Assembly (NCBI GenBank): GCA_001687465.1
Contig: LVLI01000241.1
Span: 62,001 to 119,011 of the forward strand
DNA: 57,011 bases
Direction: 5' to 3'
Source of the DNA: Halocafeteria seosinensis
Taxonomy: Eukaryota
This document shows, in pieces, positions 1 through 9,588 of the stretch. The translations under genes were made by a program, and so were the position numbers. Numbering within the stretch: position 1 is the stretch's first letter; every line of letters starts with the position of its first letter. The notes beneath the pieces are model-generated. The model saw only the letters and a list, made by a program, of their open reading frames with translations. It did no database searches and was not told the DNA's origin.

Positions 1-1246
1 TAATTTTTCCACCTGCACGTATTGCGCAAACGATTAAATGCACGTATTAAGCCATACTCATGAGCCCATCCCTTACCTCTTGTTCCAGTTCTCTGGCCTT
101 CTGGCTGTCGGACGACGATCGCTTGCTTTCCTCAGAGAGTTGATTGCGAGTTTGGATGAGCTCATGTTGGACCTGTTGATATTGATGTTGTAAGGGCTCA
201 AGCTGGTTGACCCGATACTGCAGCTGACTCAACTCGCTGTGGAGTCGTTGCCGTTCTTGGTCTAATTGATTTATACGCGAATCCCTTTCCTGTATTTGAG
301 GGGCGAACAAGTAAGTAAAGAGTGGGGATTGTGACAGGCCAACTAGCACGGAAACGTACAGCGAGGGTATTTTCATAGCTTTCTATATCATTCAGGGCTT
401 GATTAAGTCGAGATTCTACTTGGGACTTCCCATCAGCATTGCTCCTTAGTTCAGAAAGTTTATCTTCTAGTTCTGTAGTATCAGATGGCAAGAAGTGGGG
501 TTGGCGTGACACGTACAACGACAAGACGTGCACATACCTGCAACACGTTGAGATGTACGTTCTTGCATTTGCTTTTCTGTTTCCAATTGTGAGCGTAAAA
601 GCTGGTTTTCAGCCCGTAAGTCTGAAGCATTATGCTGTTGGTTCGTTCGTTTGCTTTGGGATCCGCTAGCAACATTCCCGTGCGTTGAACGAGATTGTTC
701 AGGCGTTGCAGCAGTGCTACGTGAACGCACGCTACTATAGTTCGGTCGTCCTCTATTCATTGATGCTGCCGTTGTATTTACCACCTGCATTATTAAGGGT
801 ATATCAACTTGCTAGATTACGAACCGGTTGCAAAAGGGCACAACACTTACGCCCTTAGAATGCAAGGTCTCACGTGCATCCCTAATGTGGGTAGGTGGAG
901 CGGTTGCTGCAACAGCAACTGCGGTGGGAGAAACAGGATCAGCTCTCTCTTCGTGAGTTTGGCCTCTATTAGAGTTCACCTCCGCCGTCCCACTGCGGGT
1001 CCTAGCCTGGGATGTCCTGGTGGCAGGAGCACGATAGGCGGTAGGCCGAGGTGTATCGTCCTTATGCGAACAGGCTTTCCCTATAGTTGTCGTCTCTGTA
1101 GAGCAGCGTACGGACGAGCGTTGGGTTCGCTTTTTCTGCAAATGACTCTCCAATTGATCGAGACGATTGTTGAGCGATTCCAGTGAATTCACAACTCCTT
1201 GATTGGCTTTACAGAACTCCAGGTAGGGGTTATAGTGTGATAGCAT
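1..1246 (-). CDS. Multi-exon coiled-coil hypothetical protein (3' part runs off the window start; 5' end uncertain)
   Basis: Chain of minus-strand ORF pieces (812-1246, 467-790, 198-533, 47-376) with Q/E/L-rich heptad segments (DLRAENQLLRSQLETEKQ, INQLDQERQRLHSELSQLQ) separated by probable GT..AG introns. Confidence 0.6.
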
Positions 1247-1691
1247 ACGACCTTGACGAATCCGAGCACCTACTCATCCACTCAACCATAGCAAACAGTC
1301 CCCTGTATCTGCAAATATGGGGCTTAGTTTAGGTAGAAACCAGGTTGTTGGGGGCCTGTATTTGAACTCGTAATACTATTCCCAGGCGCTCTAGTAGATC
1401 GATCCTTCCAGAAGAGAGAGAGAGACACACAAAGGCCCCGGTCAAATCATCTTAGATTAAAGATTGTAGTACACCTCTACCTGTATAGAGGGGGCCACTT
1501 TCGTTCCAAGACCAGTTTAACGGGCATCACAACCTGATTCACAAACCAATTTTGTGAAGCTCAGACTCCCATACGGTATGGGCCATACCAAGCTGCATGG
1601 AAATGGAGAGGGATGCAACGCATTGCAATGAGCCATAATACAAACACTGGGTTTTATCTTCTTTCTTTTGGACGAAGAGAGACCACGTACG

Positions 1692-1952
1692 ATGTCTCGT
1701 GTTGAGGCCTGGATTCGACGGTACTTGGCAGGTTCAAACCCTTCCCAAGCCACCATTATCCAACGAAAGCGTATTTTTTTTCACACGTTAGTGTGGTTCC
1801 CTACTTTCACGTTTGCGGGTATAGTCGGGTACACTAAGTACTCTATGTTCAAAAGTGAGCAACGACGGAAGCGACATGAGCAAGAAATTCGGGAGCATGA
1901 GACCAGGAAACAGGAGGCTAAGGAGAAGTTCCGGAAGGCTCTAGAGGACTGA
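1692..1952 (+). CDS. Small single-pass membrane protein with charged C-terminal helix
   Basis: ATG at 1692; hydrophobic IFFHTLVWFPTFTFAGIVGY followed by a K/E/R-rich tail; no family recognised. Confidence 0.6.
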   Translation: MSRVEAWIRRYLAGSNPSQATIIQRKRIFFHTLVWFPTFTFAGIVGYTKYSMFKSEQRRKRHEQEIREHETRKQEAKEKFRKALED

Positions 1953-2022
1953 AACTCGAATGAACTTTTCACCTGTGTATTTTTCACTTAAATACCGGAA
2001 AATGCAATTTTCTCTCTATTCT

Positions 2023-3186
2023 CTAAGTAGGGTTCCCTTTCTGGAACACGGTACCGTTCACTTTTTCGGCTGTGGATTTGCCTTGGTTATAAGTCACTGG
2101 GGCCTGAATTCGCCGTGCTCCTTCATTTACACTCGTAGGGGCATGCTCCCCTCCCATTGACGTCCGTACCCAGCCGGGATCAGCAGCATTGCAAACTGAT
2201 GACATCGAAGACGAAATACAATGCTCGGTGGGCTGCAAGCTGCCGTGGAATACCCCCTCAATCGTAACTTACTTAATGTATCCTTTGGATACTTGGATGC
2301 GAGGAGTTCGCTCATTCGATTCAGAGCGGCCTTGCTGACTTTGTACGTCGGCTTGAACTCATCTGTAGAGAGGAAGTATTCGCTTGCAGATGGAGTACAC
2401 CGACCAAACTATGATAAAATGGTATGTCTACTCACCTTTCAACTCTGTATCTAATTCATCAAAGCACAGTTCCTCCAGAAGTTCATCGATCGTGTCGGCG
2501 TTCTGTATGCTTCGCTTGTAGTTGTTTGATAGGAAGCTCACGCTTCCGTATCCCGACGTGACATTGACAACCTCTAGGGGATGACCCTTTGGGACCAGAC
2601 CAGCACTCTTGATTTCTTCAATTAGCGCGAGCGGTGCACGAACGTTAGTTTGCATTGTCCGTTGGAAGACCGATTCTGACCAGCCGTCTTCGAAAATCTG
2701 TGAACATACCGAGGTGATGAGTCGCTGATGACTGTCGAAGGACATTCAGAATCGAGTTGAACAGTACTAACTCCGGCATTGTTGAATAAGTAGTCAACGC
2801 AGCTTGTTTCGTTCTTAACCTTTTCCACAAAACTGCGGATACTGGAGTTATCGAGCACATCAAGATCGTGGAACGTAACCGTTTGAGGTTCCTTAATATC
2901 TTTCCTCAACTCGTTCAAAGCCCTGAGAGTCAAAAACTCAAGAGGTGCGAATCAACTGGTAACTATTCGGGGTAATGCATCGGCCAGTACCTCTCTTTTA
3001 GGTGTGCCTGACGAACACCACCTATTATGGTCGATACCTGATCGGCTTCCAAGAGTCGCTGGCACAAGCGAAACCCTGCAGGTTTTAGTAAGATGAAGAG
3101 AGTCACAGCATTAAGTGGACCGTCAGCTGCAGCGACGTACCGAGTCCTCTGTTTGCCCCCGTGACAACAGCTACTTTTGAAGACAT
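2023..3186 (-). CDS. Short-chain dehydrogenase/reductase, carbonyl-reductase-like (multi-exon)
   Basis: MSSKVAVVTGANRGLG (TGxxxGxG) read from ATG 3186, LFNNAG, catalytic YKVSK (YxxxK) near 2330-2345, ADPGWVRTSMGG. Confidence 0.92.
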
Positions 3187-3561
3187 TCTGCTTTTGTCTT
3201 CGGTATGTTTACCAGCTGGATGCAGAACGTTCGACGCAGGTTGCTGCAACTTTTTGTTCTCACGTATGTGTGAACAGCGAGAGGATCACTATGCAGTACG
3301 AATGGTTTCGTTACCATAAACAATTACCTTTTTCCCTGCACGCATTAGGGTGGATACTCCCATGCCCTGACGTGGTTCATCATCAAGGGATCGAAGCGTC
3401 GACTTGCATCCCTTGTGAAGCTATGTGGTGTTTCCCTGTGAAGGTGGGAAGTAACTTCAAGCGAATGAGAATTGTTGCTACTTTGGCAGAAACATTCTTT
3501 AAGAGTCACATTAGTAAACAACGAAGCTGTAAAAAGAGTAGAAAGAGTCTGTGATACTAAT

Positions 3562-6186
3562 ATGGAGTGGAAGTGGTCCCGAGGGTGCCTCTACCTCGAA
3601 AATGTGGACCAGTATGAGGACCCAATGCTTGTGAATTTCGCCCGCAACAACGAACTTCGTGAAACGACCAACAACTACACTCTGGAGGAGGTAACCCGAG
3701 ATTGGATTGACGCGGTTCCATCACAATTCCGTAATAACAGAGTGCTCCGTGACGGAAGTAATCATTGGCACATCACTGTGATCAATAGCATTGAGATGAA
3801 GGAAACGTGTGCTGTACACGATATAGAGACCATCCTGGCAAAGGACGGTGCTTCTGCGATTTCCGACCTCATCATTGCCGGAATGGGAAGAGTTTTTTCG
3901 AAAGAGTCTACATCGCCAGCGGAAAGCTATTTCCTTGTTGTTGTGTCTGAACAACTGAACCACCTCCGACATGAGTTTGGGTTGGACGACAGGTTGTTCC
4001 ACATAACTGTAGGCTTCTCGTTTTCTGATGTTCACGAAAAAGCCAAGTCCCTGAACACTATTTTTAGACTCCCACAGCTTGCATACCAGAAGAAGACGAT
4101 TCTAAGATCACTCAGTTCTCCGGAGTCAATGACAAATCTCACTTATTTGCAGTGGCTGCTGAATACGGGAGACGCCCGGATACTTAAGGTGTTCTCTGAG
4201 GAAGTCGTTTCATGCATCGCTCACATCCCAAAGCGTCATCCGTTGTACCAGCAAGCCCTTCATGTGTTGATGGAAGAACGGTATCTCGAAGGTTACTACT
4301 TACATTTCAAACAGATGTCCCAGGGTTATAACGAGAAGCAAATCGTAGAATCGATGCAGGAACTATTGACATCGGCGAAAACACCACTCACTTATTGTCG
4401 AAAGGCTATGCCTCAGAAAGTACAGAAGGTGCTGAATTTTCCCATGCTTCAGGGGGAACCGTTAAGGAAGTGGTATCGATGGGGAGACGATGGGTACTTC
4501 CACACTCATCCATTACCTCGAAATTTTTCTTGGATAGATTCGAATGTAGCAGGGTCTGGCATCCCTCACCGGAAAGAATTCTTGGAAACATTTGAAAAGA
4601 TGGGCGTGTCACAAATAATAACGCTAATGGAGGAGCCGTTAGCAGCCCATGTTTCATTGGATGGCCAGTTCAAGGAGATGGTTAACTTCTTCAACGTGAC
4701 GGACAGACGCCCACCATCTGTCAAGCAGATGCATTCAATTCTTCAACTACTCCTTGGATCTTCGGGAAACACCGTTGTGCATTGTATGGGTGGCTATGGC
4801 AGGACGGCGACGGTCCTCCTGGCGTACGTTATGTATGTACATCAGACGGGTTTCCAAGATGCAAAGAGATGGTTGGGTCGTCGCCCCTATAAACTAGACG
4901 AATCTCAAGAGTCGTTTTTAAAAGAGGAGTGGTATCGTGCGTGCAATGAAATTCGTGCTAGTGAGAAGGGGGGTCTCTCAACTGTCCAGAGAAACTCGAA
5001 GGTTAAACTCCCGTCATTGATCATGTTAATGGGCTTACCTGCTTCTGGAAAGAGCACGTTTGCGCAGTCCCTGGAAGAGCAGCTCAAAGAAGTTGTTCGT
5101 GTGAACCAGGACGAGATCCGAAACAAGCAAACTTGTCATGAGATGGTCGGTCGCCACACGAAGGAGGGGAAGACTGTAATTTTGGATCGCTGCAATCCGA
5201 CACGTAAGGATCGCCAATGGTGGATGAAGTTGCAGATGGGATCTCGTGGGACTTGGAGTATTTACTTTGACACAACTGCAGAAGAGTGTAAGTGGCGGGT
5301 ATCCCATAGGAAAGATCACCCTACGCTGAAAGCTTCAGCAGGGGCAAACGTAATTGACACATTAGCTCGGCAAATGGAACCACCTTCTAAAAACGAAGGC
5401 TATGACAAAATGTGGAGTGTATCGAGTATTCAGGAAGCAAACTCATTATTGGAAGCGTGGGGTTGTACAACAGATCATTTGGAGGAACCGAATTATGACA
5501 ATATTATCAAGTTTCCTCGCACCAGACACCTGTATAATTTAGGGGGAGCCTCAAGAGACGACTTACTATTTGACAGGTCTGAACAAGATAATTTTATAGC
5601 ACATGAGCTCTGGATCGAAGAGAAAATTGACGGAGCAAATCTGGGCATCTCCGTTCAGAACTATGAGATCAAGGTACAGAATCGAAGTCACTATATAACT
5701 GCCTCAACGCATCCTCAATTTAAGCTGATCAATGAATGGGTACATGAACACCGAGAGGATTTATGGGAGCTACTCGGTGATGGATCGACAATTCTTTATG
5801 GCGAATGGCTTTATGCACAACACTCGATTCCGTACACTGAACTTCCGGATTACTTTGTCGCCTTCGACGTGTATGACAAACGCGAGAAGCGGTTTTATAG
5901 CAGGAAACGATTCGAAGAAGCTTTAAAACCAACATCGATAGCGACTGTTCCAGCCTTAGCTTATGGCAAGTTTTCATCATCTTCGGAGATATTGAAATAT
6001 GTTCATCAACCATCTCAATTTTACGAGGGTCCAGTAGAGGGTATCTACCTTAGAATCTGTACCGAACGGTGGCTCGAGCAACGTGCCAAAGTGGTTCGGG
6101 AGGACTTCCTGTCGGGAAATACCCATTGGTCTCATTATAGCATCACCCCGAATAGGCGTTCTGCCTCGTCCTACATCGCGAAATAA
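3562..6186 (+). CDS. Multidomain RNA repair enzyme: 2H phosphoesterase + dual-specificity (CX5R) phosphatase + P-loop polynucleotide kinase + ATP-dependent RNA ligase
   Basis: HITV (3769) and HITVGF (4000); HCMGGYGRT (4780); GLPASGKST (5032) with QDEIR and VILDRCN; ligase motifs EEKIDGAN (5617), YGEW, FVAFDV, EGIYL, RAKVV; single uninterrupted ORF, first ATG at 3562. Confidence 0.93.
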   Translation: MEWKWSRGCLYLENVDQYEDPMLVNFARNNELRETTNNYTLEEVTRDWIDAVPSQFRNNRVLRDGSNHWHITVINSIEMKETCAVHDIETILAKDGASAISDLIIAGMGRVFSKESTSPAESYFLVVVSEQLNHLRHEFGLDDRLFHITVGFSFSDVHEKAKSLNTIFRLPQLAYQKKTILRSLSSPESMTNLTYLQWLLNTGDARILKVFSEEVVSCIAHIPKRHPLYQQALHVLMEERYLEGYYLHFKQMSQGYNEKQIVESMQELLTSAKTPLTYCRKAMPQKVQKVLNFPMLQGEPLRKWYRWGDDGYFHTHPLPRNFSWIDSNVAGSGIPHRKEFLETFEKMGVSQIITLMEEPLAAHVSLDGQFKEMVNFFNVTDRRPPSVKQMHSILQLLLGSSGNTVVHCMGGYGRTATVLLAYVMYVHQTGFQDAKRWLGRRPYKLDESQESFLKEEWYRACNEIRASEKGGLSTVQRNSKVKLPSLIMLMGLPASGKSTFAQSLEEQLKEVVRVNQDEIRNKQTCHEMVGRHTKEGKTVILDRCNPTRKDRQWWMKLQMGSRGTWSIYFDTTAEECKWRVSHRKDHPTLKASAGANVIDTLARQMEPPSKNEGYDKMWSVSSIQEANSLLEAWGCTTDHLEEPNYDNIIKFPRTRHLYNLGGASRDDLLFDRSEQDNFIAHELWIEEKIDGANLGISVQNYEIKVQNRSHYITASTHPQFKLINEWVHEHREDLWELLGDGSTILYGEWLYAQHSIPYTELPDYFVAFDVYDKREKRFYSRKRFEEALKPTSIATVPALAYGKFSSSSEILKYVHQPSQFYEGPVEGIYLRICTERWLEQRAKVVREDFLSGNTHWSHYSITPNRRSASSYIAK

Positions 6187-6392
6187 GAAAGAAAAAGAAA
6201 ACGATCTACGTAATGTATGGGTTGTACCACCTTGTCCACTTAGGTCCCGGTGGTTTTGTGAAGAAACCTGGGAATCCAGTTTAAAGCCGAATAGCATTCA
6301 CTGAATTGCCTCGATTCGACATAGATTTAGTTATGCATGGAGAGCAGATACCGTGTATGAAATCTGCCGGAATTTAGAAGCTCTGATGGACC

Positions 6393-6926
6393 ATGTATAG
6401 TCGTCTGAAAACGTGCGCACTGGGACCACTACGTCAGTGGTGCTTGAGACGAAGCACGCCTTCATTTCAGGGCGCTCACACCCGTGGCGACGGAGAGATG
6501 GTAATGAGGTATTTTACTACCAAGTCTAGTGGGAATGGAGACCACACGCTTGGCGTTCATGAAGTGGAAACACTTCATGAAAAATTCCAATTTGCTCATG
6601 AAGCAGTCGCCAACATTGCTCAATCGGCAGCTCAAGCGCAAATGGAGCATGAGCCCTCTGAACGAGTTCCGGCAGTTGAATACAGGATACGGTACGCCCG
6701 ATTCGCTCTCAGAGAGGTCGAGGATGCACTAGCCGCTTTTGATGTCTTTTGCCGGGAAAAGAATATTGAACTGTTCTCTGAGCGACATGAGGGGAATTAC
6801 CATGGCCAGTATCCTGAGCACGAAGTTCAGAAACTAAGACGACAAAAAGCTTTCCTGGACTCTTACCGAGATAACTTGAAGGCTGAGCTCGCAAAGACAG
6901 ACTGTGTTACTGCAAAGCAAAACTAG
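6393..6926 (+). CDS. Hypothetical protein, possibly mitochondrion-targeted
   Basis: 177-aa ATG-initiated ORF with an R/S/L-rich, acid-free N-terminus and helical body. Confidence 0.6.
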   Translation: MYSRLKTCALGPLRQWCLRRSTPSFQGAHTRGDGEMVMRYFTTKSSGNGDHTLGVHEVETLHEKFQFAHEAVANIAQSAAQAQMEHEPSERVPAVEYRIRYARFALREVEDALAAFDVFCREKNIELFSERHEGNYHGQYPEHEVQKLRRQKAFLDSYRDNLKAELAKTDCVTAKQN

Positions 6927-7389
6927 TACATTGCGTGGAACAAACTTGGCTGCGGGGCGGATTGTGGATTGTATTTCATTGTTCGACCTTTCACTGGTGG
7001 GTTGCTTTAGCCATACCAAATAGGGTGAATATGCCCTTATCTACATGTTCGAGTTGGAACTCCCACTAAAAGCAGCACTGTAGCCCAATGTCTCTTCCAA
7101 ACCAGTGAGACTACGACAGACAAGTTATTTTCTCTAAATCCTTATGTCGCCAACTTTACGTGTTGTTCAGAACTTCCAGAAATCAGCCTGGAGTGTTGGA
7201 CGTTAACACCTCTCTACCACCCTCAATAAGGAATCCGTTGAGGATGGTTGGCACGTAGTAGCAAACGGCAAGTTGGCATTGCAGCTACGGGAAATTGTAT
7301 CCTTACTCTCATTGACCTACCTGAAGACTGCTCGCCACAACGACTCGGCTACTGGTCACAACATGAGCATTAACTTCGTGCTCCATTCA

Positions 7390-9318
7390 TCAGGTCATTG
7401 AAGCTATGGCTACTGCAGCAGCACTTATGTCCTTAGCAACCATCACCCGTTGTCCTTTCCAATTCAGCTCCTCATCGAGGGAAGAACGAGCGGTTGCTAC
7501 TGATGCTGCACTGCGGAGTTTTCCCAACGCGTTTTCGCCGAACCCGGTTCTAACAAGCAGGGGGGTGTACTTAACTCCGATAGCCGTCTGAATATCGGAC
7601 AGTCTGTCGCCGACCATGAACGATGTCAATGGATCAGTTCCCTGCAGCAACTATGTAGAATGTAGGGTAGATCGAGCTATGCAATACCGAGCATGACGTA
7701 CTAAAACATTGGCAATCACCTTGGGGAGCACAGATGCCGGCTTTGCATCGCTTTTGTCGGTGTATGCCGCTTCAGCGCCAGGGATATGTCCGTCTACACC
7801 TACGCTGTATGAAATGACGTCAGGTTCCGATGCATTACTACCGCCATTTTCCTGACGGAGCAAGCAGCAGAGCTGAAAACAGAGTTGCATGAATTGTATG
7901 CACTCCAGTTACACAACCAAAGTGCGCATACTACGTACCTTGTCCATGACACTTTGTACCAGATCTTCCGTTACGAAGCCATCGCCAACACATGACTGAG
8001 TTGATATCACAGCAATCACATATCCTAATTCATGTAGTCTCTTTATCGCACTTCCAGCACCAGGTACTAATTCTAAGGGCTGCGGAGGCATTGCTTTACC
8101 AGGTTCTTGTTACTTGTAGATCGCACCCACTGACATCATACCTTTGGTCCTGTCCTGTAAGCCGGCTGCACATTGACTACACCATCTCGATCTAGAAGAA
8201 CGAGTGGGCGGGCGCTACGTTTTGGAGACACTGCGTAGACGTCGGTATTTACGAGGGATGGTTCTGTTGCGACGATTTCATGAAGACAAACACAATGGGG
8301 GTATTCACTGAAGGATGGAGCTGACAACTGAATGATCCTAGAATTGTCACCTCCGTCAACGTGCAATGACATCCGACTAGCTGTTCCGTCTTCAGTACTG
8401 CTCTTGGCTATGTGATTTAACACGTCAGGATTCCATTGTCTGAACGTGTCACTAGATAGCAATACAGTTGTTGAACATGGACTCTGAGAAATTAGGGACA
8501 GAATATGCTCCCTGTCAAAGTACGTGTGATGGCCCCTATGCGACGCTAGTGGATGATGCCACCATCTGGCCACGTGGTCTTTTCGGGAATCCGCTATTGA
8601 TTCTGCTTGGGTCGCGGAGCACGGCACGTTGCGAGCAGGATGTAGTTGCCAATGTTGGATATGAGTTTGCAGAGGTGATGGTGGTACAAACTTGGACGGA
8701 GGTGATGGGTCAAACTTCGGTACAGGTCTTCCACATAGCTCCCTCAACAGGTGATTCTCATGGTCGATCCGTCGAGGCTCAGTGTAACTCTCCTTCCGAC
8801 CCTGCGTTGAGGGCGCAGCATGCGACGTCCATGTTTGTACACTATCTCTAAAAGCGGCCACGAGGAGATCTTTGCCAAACGTGCGGTAAGTCGGGAACCT
8901 CGATGCGTCATCATTCTCGCCCAGGGACACCCCGAACACTTCCTCGAACAGACCGACGTCGTCTTGCTCCCCGGGACAGATGAATATGGGAATTCCGTCC
9001 GGAATAAACGTTGTCAGAAGATCCCGAATCAATTGGTAATCTGATTTGGTTGCTTCCTGTAGCTCCTTGGAATTGAATGAACAACTGCCGTGTCGCTTCC
9101 AGAATCGTTCATCGCGGAGGTAGCTCGGCACGTCTACCAGCGTCCCTGTGAAACATACAGCGTCGATCCGATTTCCAGGGATGAATAACTCCCGAAACGC
9201 TTTGGAGAGTTGCTCTTTGACGAATTTACTGCGCTCCGTAATGGTGGGCGAGTTGCCCGGGAGGTGTTCGCGCAGCGATAATGAGCCGAAATGGAGTATG
9301 AGCATTTCTATTTGCATG
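7390..9318 (-). CDS. Fusion of a degenerate calcineurin-like metallophosphoesterase domain and a GmhB/HisB-like HAD-IIIA phosphatase (multi-exon)
   Basis: N-terminal ILHFGSLS / AVCFTGTLVD / ICPGEQDD; C-terminal LLDRDGVVN, PGAGSAIKRLHELGYVIAVISTQS, AKP, MVGDRLSDIQTA, LLVRTGFG across ORF pieces joined by GT-AG introns. Confidence 0.8.
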
Positions 9319-9588
9319 AATTGCACTCTACCCTCTACCGGCTAGCTACGACATGTGTAATCTATCCTACAATCCTTTTATGGGTGCTGTATATGCAACA
9401 TGTTTAGTATTTGTGAAGCAGCTGTTGCACCTTCACACAAGTGAAGCTCCGAGTCGGACCGAGCGTCTGAAGGGGTGGTTTTCGGTGTTGAGGAAACCGG
9501 TTGTTCAGAGAGATGCAGGTTGTTTAAGACTAACAAAATCAGAATCAAATCGTACTTTGAAGTTGTTCTTTTGTGTGACTACTGGTTT

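Noticed and set aside
1726..1755. tRNA-like 3' end GCAGGTTCAAACCCTTCCCAAGCCACCA (T-loop plus CCA)
   Set aside because: No complementary 5' acceptor strand, D-arm or anticodon arm upstream, and it lies inside a plausible coding ORF
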